Shown here one piece after another: positions 48,826 through 56,514 of a stretch of DNA of 64,000 bases (within the stretch, counting starts at the first letter, position 1; the number at the start of each line of letters is the position of its first letter). Where the stretch lies: positions 339,729 to 403,728 of the forward strand of contig CAWART010000001.1 of NCBI GenBank assembly GCA_963784525.1, read 5' to 3'. The notes below the pieces were generated by a model. It saw nothing but the letters and a program-made list of their open reading frames with translations, searched no databases and was not told the origin of the DNA. The translations under genes and the position numbers were made by a program. The DNA is from Candidatus Aminicenantes bacterium. Lineage in GTDB: Bacteria; Acidobacteriota; Aminicenantia; Aminicenantales; Saccharicenantaceae.

Positions 48826-49700
48826 TCCAGGGCATGACCGGTTTCGCCGAAAAGAGGTTCGCCTCCGAGTCCGTCCGGCTCAAGATCTCCATCAAGAGCC
48901 TGAACCACAGGTTCTTCGACTGGTCCTACCGGGGGACGCCGCTCGGGGACGTCGAGAACCGGCTCCGGACCGCCTGCGAGAGGCGGCTCCAGAGGGGCCG
49001 GGTCGAGATCAACGTCGACATGACCTTCCTCGATCCGAAGAGCTGGGAGTTCTCCGTCAATGAGGCCCTCCTCGAGAAGGCCCTCGCCTCCCTGGAGCGG
49101 GTCTCCGCCCGGCTGGGGAAGCGATTCGACCTTTCCCTCGACCAGGTCCTGAGGATCCCCCAGGTCATCGACATCAGCCGGAAGGAGATCTCGGCCGCCG
49201 AGGCGTCCTTCCTCGAGGCGTCCTTCGCCCGGACCCTCGACGAGGTCGTCCGGCAAAGGGAGAAGGAAGGGGTGCAGACGGTCCGCCAGCTCGGGGTCCA
49301 CATCCGGAACATCGGGAAGGCGGCGGCCCAGATCGAGGGCCTGTTCCGGAAACAGCCGGCCGCCATCCGGCGGAAGCTCCGGCAGAGGGCCCGCGACCTG
49401 AACCATGGCGCCCGCGTCTCCAAGGAGCGGCTGGCCGAGGAGGCCTCCGCGCTCATCACGCGCTACGACCTCGCCGAGGAGGTTCTCCGGCTGAAGAGCC
49501 ACCTCGATTCCCTCCGGGAGCTCCTGGCCCCGGGCGCGGACGGTCCTACGGGCAAGAAACTGGATTTCCTGGCCCAGGAGATCGGCCGCGAGGCCAACAC
49601 CGCCAGCTCGAAATCCCAGGAGCTCGGCATCATCCGGGCGGGGCTGGCCATCAAGAACGAGCTGGAGAGCATCCGCCAGCACGCCCAGAACGTCGTCTAG
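48822..49700 (+). CDS. yicC: YicC-family stress-induced protein
   Basis: MIQGMTGFAEKRF... N-terminus and C-terminal DUF1732-like EEVLRLKSHLDSL. It occupies the conserved position upstream of gmk. Confidence 0.8.
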   Translation: MIQGMTGFAEKRFASESVRLKISIKSLNHRFFDWSYRGTPLGDVENRLRTACERRLQRGRVEINVDMTFLDPKSWEFSVNEALLEKALASLERVSARLGKRFDLSLDQVLRIPQVIDISRKEISAAEASFLEASFARTLDEVVRQREKEGVQTVRQLGVHIRNIGKAAAQIEGLFRKQPAAIRRKLRQRARDLNHGARVSKERLAEEASALITRYDLAEEVLRLKSHLDSLRELLAPGADGPTGKKLDFLAQEIGREANTASSKSQELGIIRAGLAIKNELESIRQHAQNVV

Positions 49701-49734
49701 GGCGCGGGGACATCATGGAGGGGAGAGAACGAGC

Positions 49735-50346
49735 GTGAGCATGATATTCGTCGTCAGCGGCCCTTCGGGATGCGGGAAGTCCACGCTCATCGGGAGGGTC
49801 CTCGCGGATACCGCGGGGCTCCGGTTCTCCGTGTCCCATACGACGCGGCCGAAGCGGGGAGCCGAGGTCGACGGGCGCGATTATCACTTTGTGTCCGGGG
49901 AGGCGTTCGGGGCCATGGTCCGGGACGGGGCGTTCGTCGAATGGGCGGAGGTCCACGGCCATCGCTACGGGACCGCCCGGGCCGAGATCGGGGCCGCCGC
50001 CGGAGACGTCGTCCTGGACATCGACGTCCAGGGGGCCCGCCAGATCCGCGCGAGCGGCCTGCCGGCGACCCTCGTCTTCGTCATGCCTCCCGTCTTCCCG
50101 GAGCTCCGGAGAAGGCTCGTCGCGCGGGGGACCGACGGGCCGGACGCGGTCGAAGGGCGTCTCCGGAAGGCCCGCGAGGAGGTCCGCGCGTACACCGAGT
50201 TCGATTATGTGATCGTCAACGAGGACCTGGAGACCGCCGTCGCCGAGCTCCGGTCGATCGTCCGCGCCGAACGGTGCCGCCCCGGCGTCCGGACGGAACG
50301 GATCGACGCCATCCTCCGCAGTTTTTCCGAAGAGGAGCGCTCATGA
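49735..50346 (+). CDS. gmk: guanylate kinase
   Basis: P-loop SGPSGCGKSTL, SVSHTTRPKRGAEVDGRDYHFV. Confidence 0.9.
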   Translation: MSMIFVVSGPSGCGKSTLIGRVLADTAGLRFSVSHTTRPKRGAEVDGRDYHFVSGEAFGAMVRDGAFVEWAEVHGHRYGTARAEIGAAAGDVVLDIDVQGARQIRASGLPATLVFVMPPVFPELRRRLVARGTDGPDAVEGRLRKAREEVRAYTEFDYVIVNEDLETAVAELRSIVRAERCRPGVRTERIDAILRSFSEEERS

Positions 50347-51512
50347 GCGGCCCGAAGAAGATCGCTCTCGGCGTCACGTCGTCGGTCAGCATCTACAAGG
50401 CCTGCGAGATCCTCCGGGGATTCCGGAAGGCCGGCGTCGGCGTCCGGGTCGTCATGACCGCCAACGCCGCCCGGCTCGTCTCGCCCCTGCTCTTCGGCGC
50501 GCTCTCCGGAGAGGACGCCATCGTCGACCTCTTCGACGCCCGCGTCTCGCGGAAGATCGGCCACGTCTCCCTGGCCCGCGAGGTCGCCCTGCTTTGCGTC
50601 GCCCCGGCCACGGCGAACATCCTGGCCAAGTTCGCCAACGGCGTCGCCGACGACTTCCTGTCGACGTTCTACCTGGCCGCCCGATGCCCCATCCTCATCG
50701 CTCCGGCCATGAACGAAGCCATGATGCTCAACCCCCGGACCGCGGAGAACATCCGGGCCCTCAAGGCCGCGGGCGTCGAGTTCGTCGAACCGGAGCGGGG
50801 CGGGCTCGCCTGCGGCGACGAGGGCTGGGGACGGCTGGCCGCGCCGGAGGCCATCGTCGCCGAAGGGCTCAGGATCCTTGCCCGGACCGAAAGCCTGAAG
50901 GGGCGCCGTGTCCTCGTCACCGCCGGTCCCACCCGGGAATACATGGATACCGTCCGGTTCCTCTCGAACGCATCCTCGGGCAAGATGGGCTACGAGCTGG
51001 CCCGCGAGGCCTCGGCCCGGGGGGCGGACGTGACGCTCGTTTCCGGGCCGACGCGGATAGACCCTCCGGCCGGCGTCCGGACGGTCCGGGTCGTGACGGC
51101 GGCGGAAATGGAGAAGGCGGTCCTCGCGGCGTTCCCGAAGGCCGACGTCGTCGTCATGGCGGCCGCGGTCTCGGACTTCAGGTTTGCCGCGACGGCCGGC
51201 CGCAAGGTCCCGAAGCGCGAGGTTGCGGGCACGGCCGGGCTCATCCCGACCCCCGACATCCTGAAGGGCCTCGGGAAGAGAAAAGGGAAAAAGGTTCTGG
51301 TCGGGTTCGCCGCCGAGACCGAAGCGACCGTTTCCCACGCCCTCAGGAAGCTGAAGGAGAAGAACCTCGACCTCATCGTCGCCAACGACGTCGGCGAGCC
51401 GGGCGTCGGGTTCGAATCGGACGAGAACCGCGTGACCCTCATCGACGCTGGGGGCGGTGCCGTCCCCACCGGGCGGATGAGCAAGCGCGAGATCAGCCGG
51501 ATCGATCTGTGA
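50343..51512 (+). CDS. coaBC: bifunctional phosphopantothenoylcysteine decarboxylase / phosphopantothenate--cysteine ligase
   Basis: N-terminal flavoprotein domain (KKIALGVTSSVSIYKA) and CoaB domain (VTAGPTREYMDTVRFLSNASSGKMG). Its ATG overlaps the gmk stop (ATGA). Confidence 0.9.
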   Translation: MSGPKKIALGVTSSVSIYKACEILRGFRKAGVGVRVVMTANAARLVSPLLFGALSGEDAIVDLFDARVSRKIGHVSLAREVALLCVAPATANILAKFANGVADDFLSTFYLAARCPILIAPAMNEAMMLNPRTAENIRALKAAGVEFVEPERGGLACGDEGWGRLAAPEAIVAEGLRILARTESLKGRRVLVTAGPTREYMDTVRFLSNASSGKMGYELAREASARGADVTLVSGPTRIDPPAGVRTVRVVTAAEMEKAVLAAFPKADVVVMAAAVSDFRFAATAGRKVPKREVAGTAGLIPTPDILKGLGKRKGKKVLVGFAAETEATVSHALRKLKEKNLDLIVANDVGEPGVGFESDENRVTLIDAGGGAVPTGRMSKREISRIDL

Positions 51513-51848
51513 CCGGATCGAGACCGTCATCCATGCGAAAAAAAAGTGAGGTTCTGAAGGACGTCGCCGAGAGGCTGTCCTTCCTCTCCGAGGCCGGAGC
51601 CGGGTTCGCCCCGCGCCGCGCCTCGAGGGCGAAGCCAGCCGTGGCGCCCGGCCCCGTCGAGCGGAGCGCTCCCCGGCCGCCGGCGCCCGGACGGCCCCGG
51701 ACGGCGGTGCCGGCCAGGCCCGAGACCACCGGGCCGAAGCCGCCGGCGCCTTCCGTTCCCGGCGGGATCAACGCTGTCCTTCCCCGAGCTCGAAGCGAAG
51801 GTCCTGTCCTGCCGCCTCTGCCCGCTCGCGGCCGGCAGGACGCATGCC

Positions 51849-52331
51849 GTGCCGGGGGAGGGGAGCCGGTCGACCGAGCTTATGTTCGTCGGCGAGGGCC
51901 CGGGCCGGGACGAAGACGCCCAGGGGCGCCCCTTCGTCGGGCGGGCCGGCCAGCTCCTGACGAAGATCATCGAGGCGATGCATTACAGGCGGGAAGACGT
52001 CTATATCGCCAACGTCGTCAAGTGCCGGCCTCCGGAGAACCGCACACCCCTGCCGGCCGAGATCGAGGCCTGCGGTCCGTACCTTCTCCGGCAGGTCGAG
52101 CTCGTCGCGCCGCGCGTCATCGTGACGCTGGGCAAGACGGCGACCGACTTCTTCGTCCCCGGCCGGTCGAGCATGGGCGAGCGACGCGGCCGATTCGCCG
52201 AGTTCCGCGGCCTCAAGGTCATGCCCACCTACCATCCCTCCTATCTCGTCCGCAACGAAGGGAACCGGGAGCTCAAGCGCCAGGTCTGGGACGACATGCA
52301 GAAGGTGATGGAGCTTCTCGGCAAGAAGTGA
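51849..52331 (+). CDS. family 4 uracil-DNA glycosylase (4Fe-4S). True start lies upstream and the gene appears frameshifted near 51786-51789
   Basis: GEGPG motif (ELMFVGEGPGRDED) and HPSYLLRN-like HPSYLVRN. The N-terminal Fe-S Cys pair (LSCRLCPL) lies in frame upstream of the first canonical start at 51849, where no ATG/GTG/TTG exists. Confidence 0.7.
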   Translation: MPGEGSRSTELMFVGEGPGRDEDAQGRPFVGRAGQLLTKIIEAMHYRREDVYIANVVKCRPPENRTPLPAEIEACGPYLLRQVELVAPRVIVTLGKTATDFFVPGRSSMGERRGRFAEFRGLKVMPTYHPSYLVRNEGNRELKRQVWDDMQKVMELLGKK

Positions 52332-54472
52332 CCGTGTTCGCCGAGGTCGTTTTCCCCGTCCCCGTCGACAGGGTGTTCCACTACCGCATCCCCGAAAGCC
52401 TCGGTGCCCGCGTCCGGCCCGGCTGTCGCGTTCTCGCCCCGTTCGGCCGCCGGACGATGACCGGATTCGTCGTGGCGATCGTGCCGGAGGTGCCGGCCGG
52501 CGCCTTCGACATCAAGGACATCAAGGACGTCCTCGACGCCGAACCGTCCTTCTCCGAGGGATTCCTGGCCTTCGCCAGGCGGCTCGGCGAACGGTCCTTC
52601 GCTCCGTGGGGGGAGATCCTGCAAGCCGCCCTTCCGCCGGCCCTCGTCCCGAAAGAGAGGACGACGGTCCGCCTGACGGCGTCGGGGCGGGAGGCCCTGG
52701 CCTCCGAGGGCCTCTCTGTACGCGAAAAGGAGCTCGTCGCGAGCCTCTCCGCAGGGCCGGCGACGCCGGGCGCCCTGGCCAGGAGGCTCCGCCTCAAGGA
52801 CCCCGGCCCGCTCCTTAAGCGCCTGGAGGAAAAGGGGACGATCGAGGTCCGCACCGCCGTGCCCCGGACCCGGGCCCGCAAGCCGGCTCTCGCCGGGCCG
52901 CGGGGAGGACAGCTCGACCTCGACCTCGCTTGGGACGTCCCCCCGGCCCTGAGCGCCCTCGAAGCGAAGGTCGCGGAAGGGCGCGCTTACGCGTCGGCTT
53001 ATCTTTTCGGGCCGGCCCCTGTCCGGCTTGCCGCCTATGGCCGGCTCGTCCGGGCCGTCGTCGGCCGGGGCGCCAGGGCCCTTTTCCTGACGCCCGAGGT
53101 CTCCATGGCCGATGCCCTGAAGGAGAAGGCCGGCGGCTGGCCCGGCGTGCGGGCGGCCGTCATCCACAGCCGCCTGGGCCGGCGGGAGCGGGAGGAAGAA
53201 TGGAGAGCGCTCCTCGAAGGACGGGCGAACCTCGCCGTCGGGCCGCGCTCGGCCCTGCTGGCCCCCCTCGACGGTCTCGGGCTCGTCGTCGTCGACGAGG
53301 AGCACGATGATTCGTACGTCCAGCAGGAGGGCCAGCTCTACGACGCGCGCCGCGGCGCCTGCCTCAGGGCCGCAGGCGGGAACGCGGTCGTCGTCTTCGG
53401 GTCGTCGACCCCCTCCGTGGAGGCCTATCACGAAGCCCGGGAGGATGGGACCCTGGTCACCCTGGAGGGACCGGCGCCGAAGTTTCGGACGAGCGTCGTG
53501 GACGACCGCGGGGAGAAGACGGCCCTTGCGGGCGCGCTTCTCGAACGGATCAAAGGGCGTCTCGACCGTGGCGAGCCGGTCATCCTCTTCGTCAACCGGA
53601 GGGGATACGCCCCGGCCGTCTACTGTCCCGCGTGCGGCTATTCGCCCCGGTGCCCGCGTTGCGACATCGCCGTGAGCTATCACAAGAAGGGCGACCGCTG
53701 GGTCTGCCACTACTGCAACGCCGCCCGGCCGGCATCGCCCCGGTGCCCGAAGTGCGGCGTGGGGCTCGTCCGCAGGAGGGCCAGGGGCATCGAGGCCGTC
53801 GAGGAGGAGCTGAGGCGGGCGTTCCCCGGGGTCCGCCCCGCGAGGTTCGACGCCGACGAAGCGGTCCGGGAAAAGGACCGGGAAAGGATCGTCGAGAACT
53901 TCCGCCGGGGGAAGGTCCCCGTTCTCCTCGGGACGAGCCTCCTGGCCCACCGGGCCGACGTCCCCCCGGCCCCATTCGTCGGCATCATCGCCCCGGAGGC
54001 CCTTCTCGGGCTGGCTGACTACAGGGCGGGACAGCGGGCGTTCCAGTCCGTGGCGCGCATGCGGATGTTCGCCGAGGACGACGCGCGGGCCGAGGTCGTC
54101 ATTCAGACCTCGGAGCCCGGCCACTTCGCCATCGGGGCCGCCGCGGCCGGTGATTTCGCGGCCTTCTACGGGACCGAGATCGAATCCCGCCGCGCCCTCG
54201 GATATCCGCCGTTCACGAAACTGGCCGAGGTCGTCCTGCAGGGACGGGACCTCAGGACGCTGGCCCGCAGGTCACGGGAGTTCGCGGCGGCCCTGGGGCG
54301 GGAGGGGGAGATCATCGAAGTCCTCGGTCCGGCCCTGGCCTCCGTTTCCAGGGCGAGGGGCGTGCATCGGGTCCAGGTCATCGTCAAATCGGGGGACGAA
54401 GAGGTCCTGGCCGCGGCGCTCCGCCGGGCGTTGGATAGAACGAAGACCAAGGCGTCGGTCCGCCTGTCATAG
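52328..54472 (+). CDS. priA: primosomal protein N-prime (PriA) homolog with degenerate Walker A and motif VI (pseudohelicase-like)
   Basis: N-terminal 3-prime-DNA-binding domain (VFAEVVFPVPVDRVFHYRIPESL). DEEHD and GSSTP helicase motifs. Cys4 zinc region CPACGYSPRCPRCD...CHYCN...CPKCG. The expected GxGKT site reads LFGPAPVRLAAYG, and GRAGR-type motif VI reads ARMRMF. GTG start overlaps the UDG stop. Confidence 0.8.
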   Translation: MTVFAEVVFPVPVDRVFHYRIPESLGARVRPGCRVLAPFGRRTMTGFVVAIVPEVPAGAFDIKDIKDVLDAEPSFSEGFLAFARRLGERSFAPWGEILQAALPPALVPKERTTVRLTASGREALASEGLSVREKELVASLSAGPATPGALARRLRLKDPGPLLKRLEEKGTIEVRTAVPRTRARKPALAGPRGGQLDLDLAWDVPPALSALEAKVAEGRAYASAYLFGPAPVRLAAYGRLVRAVVGRGARALFLTPEVSMADALKEKAGGWPGVRAAVIHSRLGRREREEEWRALLEGRANLAVGPRSALLAPLDGLGLVVVDEEHDDSYVQQEGQLYDARRGACLRAAGGNAVVVFGSSTPSVEAYHEAREDGTLVTLEGPAPKFRTSVVDDRGEKTALAGALLERIKGRLDRGEPVILFVNRRGYAPAVYCPACGYSPRCPRCDIAVSYHKKGDRWVCHYCNAARPASPRCPKCGVGLVRRRARGIEAVEEELRRAFPGVRPARFDADEAVREKDRERIVENFRRGKVPVLLGTSLLAHRADVPPAPFVGIIAPEALLGLADYRAGQRAFQSVARMRMFAEDDARAEVVIQTSEPGHFAIGAAAAGDFAAFYGTEIESRRALGYPPFTKLAEVVLQGRDLRTLARRSREFAAALGREGEIIEVLGPALASVSRARGVHRVQVIVKSGDEEVLAAALRRALDRTKTKASVRLS

Positions 54473-54483
54473 GATAAGCAAGT

Positions 54484-54514
54484 CCCCCCAGCCCCCCTTT
54501 TGCAAAGGGGGGGG
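54484..54514. repeat. C6-loop-G6 hairpin element copy (CCCCCCAGCCCCCC-TTTTGCAAA-GGGGGGGG) after priA
   Basis: Same consensus as the elements at 1203, 35609 and 62986. Confidence 0.55.
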
Positions 54515-54638
54515 CATGATATTCCCCCTTCCCCCTTTATGAATGGGGCATTCATCACCCCGGCCGTACCTCAAAAGGGGGGAGGCGTATACTCCTGACC
54601 GTATTACTAAAAAGGGAAATAATTGGGGTTGTCGAGGT

Positions 54639-54674
54639 AAAAAAAAGGGGAGCGGGCGGTCCCGCCCGCTCCCC
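54639..54674 (-). terminator. Rho-independent terminator of the pilQ-lipoprotein operon (minus strand)
   Basis: Perfect 13-bp stem GGGGAGCGGGCGG-tcc-CGCCCGCTCCCC at 54647-54674, followed on the minus strand by the T8 tract (A-run 54639-54646 on the plus strand). Confidence 0.65.
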
Positions 54675-54689
54675 GAAGCTTCGCTCAGA

Positions 54690-55889
54690 TCACCGGATGA
54701 TGAAGATCTCGACGTAGGCTTTGATGAACGGGTCTCCCTCTCCCGGCGTCGAGGCCCAGATGTGCATGACGCGGCTGGCCCCGATCTCGCTCTTGACCGG
54801 GCCGTAATACGTGACGGAGGCCCTCCCGCTGCTGTTCGTCACCACGGAGGCGACGGGATTCTCTTCCTTGAAGTGCCCGATATTGGACCGGTGGTCGGAA
54901 TCGTCGTTGATCTCGAAATAGACCGTCCGGTTGGCCAGCGGCGTGCCGTCGGGCCTCTTGACCGTGGCCGTGATGAGCGCGCTCTCCCGCGCGGTTCCGG
55001 CGTTGAGGATATTGGGCTCGGCGACGATGTCCAGGGCCACGACCGTCGAAGAATCGTCGCGGATGATGGTGACGGGGGCGCTGCCCTGGATGGACTCCTC
55101 GCCCTCGCCGGCCGCCGTCGCGAAGATCGAGACGGACGTGTTGGCCGCGATCTCGCTGCTCAGGGGCCCGTAGTACGTCGCGGTGACGACGCCGCGTCCG
55201 TCCGTCCGCTTGGTGAGAACCCCCCCGCTGCCTTCGAAGAACCCGATGTCGACCTGGCTGTGCGCGGCGTCGCAGACCTCGAAATAGACCGCGCGGTTGG
55301 CGAGAGGGGTTCCGTCGAGCTGGAGGAGGTTGGCCGTGACGGTCGTGGCCTGGCGCCGGGCGCCCGCCAGGATGACGTTCGGATCGGCGGAGACCAGCAG
55401 GACCGCGGTCGACGAGGACCCGTCGCGGATGATGGTGATGGGCGTGAAATTCTCGATGTATTCATCGCCTTCCGCGGCCGCCGTGGCCCAGATGTTGATG
55501 CTCCCGCTCGTTGTGATGTCGTTGTTGAGAGGCCCGATGTACGTCAGGGAGACGTTCCCGCCGCCGTCCGTCTGCCTGGAGACGACGGCCTGCTGGCCTT
55601 CGAAGAATCCGACGGGGACCCGGTTATGGGCGTCGTCGCAGATCTCGAAGGTGATGGTCCGGTTCGTGAGCGGGGTCCCGTCGTATTTCATGAGGGACGC
55701 CGAAATCGTCGTTCCCGCGCGGACCGACCCGGCGTTGATGACGTTGGGATTGGCCGAAACCTTCAGGACCGTGGCCAGCGTCGAGGGCCCGAGGGGAGAG
55801 GGTTGTTCGACCTCGTTCCTCTTGCAGGCCGCGCCGCCGATGACCAGGGCCAGGGCCGTCGCGATGATGCCAAACTTCTTAGCGCACAT
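54690..55889 (-). CDS. lipoprotein with three tandem ~120-aa bacterial Ig-like (Big_1/invasin-type) repeats
   Basis: Signal peptide plus a Cys lipobox (LVIGGAAC). Three internal repeats sharing (V/A)SA(N/D)PNVI(N/L)AG...DGTPL(T/A)NR.(I/V)(T/Y)FE(I/V)(C/N)DD..H...GFFEG...T..GPL...I......I.AT..GEG. Confidence 0.6.
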   Translation of the reverse strand: MCAKKFGIIATALALVIGGAACKRNEVEQPSPLGPSTLATVLKVSANPNVINAGSVRAGTTISASLMKYDGTPLTNRTITFEICDDAHNRVPVGFFEGQQAVVSRQTDGGGNVSLTYIGPLNNDITTSGSINIWATAAAEGDEYIENFTPITIIRDGSSSTAVLLVSADPNVILAGARRQATTVTANLLQLDGTPLANRAVYFEVCDAAHSQVDIGFFEGSGGVLTKRTDGRGVVTATYYGPLSSEIAANTSVSIFATAAGEGEESIQGSAPVTIIRDDSSTVVALDIVAEPNILNAGTARESALITATVKRPDGTPLANRTVYFEINDDSDHRSNIGHFKEENPVASVVTNSSGRASVTYYGPVKSEIGASRVMHIWASTPGEGDPFIKAYVEIFIIR

Positions 55890-56505
55890 TGGTGGGCTCC
55901 CCTGAGGCCTGATCCGCGTAGTTCGCGAAGAATACGGTCAGGTACCCCGTCGCCGTGACCTTGTTGTCGACCAGGTCATGGCCGTAGAAATCGACCTTGG
56001 CCGTCATCTCGATGACGCCGTCGCCGACCCCTCCTTTGGCCAGGCTGACCAGCGGGGGCTCCAGCTTGGCGACCTCGCGCACGATGACGAAGGAGAAGGT
56101 GGAGGTCGCTCCGACCTTGATGGCCTGGGTCAAGGCGCCTTCGAACGTGTAGGGGACGTCGACGCCCTCCCGGCTCCGCCCGTCGCTCCGGTAGTAGGAG
56201 ACGACGTAGCGGTCCAGGACGACATCGCTGTAGCTGGAGGGCTTGAGAATGGGCGCAGGGTCCAGGAGGCTGGCCCGGAGCGTCGCGGTCGCGGCGTCCG
56301 AGTAGATGATGCCGCCCGACGTGACGACATCGGATTGGAGGAACGAGGCGGCGGTTCCCGTCGCATCCTGCCCCATCATCTTCTCGACGACGATGAAGGT
56401 CGAGGACTGCGAGTCGTCCTCGAGCGGATTGCAGGACGTGAGCACGAGGAGCGACGGGAGGACGGCCAGAATCAGGAAGGCCAGTGTCTTTTTTTTCTTG
56501 GTCAT
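55879..56505 (-). CDS. hypothetical lipoprotein (208 aa) immediately downstream of pilQ
   Basis: Signal peptide and canonical lipobox LVLTSC. No recognisable catalytic motif. Overlaps the following lipoprotein gene by 11 nt. Confidence 0.55.
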   Translation of the reverse strand: MTKKKKTLAFLILAVLPSLLVLTSCNPLEDDSQSSTFIVVEKMMGQDATGTAASFLQSDVVTSGGIIYSDAATATLRASLLDPAPILKPSSYSDVVLDRYVVSYYRSDGRSREGVDVPYTFEGALTQAIKVGATSTFSFVIVREVAKLEPPLVSLAKGGVGDGVIEMTAKVDFYGHDLVDNKVTATGYLTVFFANYADQASGEPTNVR

Positions 56506-56514
56506 GGTCCTCTC

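Noticed and set aside
50594-54472. Giant 1292-aa plus-strand ORF spanning coaBC 3-prime half, the UDG region and priA
   Set aside because: Only the priA part (from 52328) is real in this frame. Upstream it is a stop-free GC-rich shadow of coaBC and of the UDG gene (R/P/G/A-rich translation). Real genes are resolved separately.
54516-54560. Second palindrome ATGAATGGGGCATTCAT next to the hairpin element after priA
   Set aside because: Short (7-bp arms), single occurrence, no obvious function. Noted but not called as a feature.
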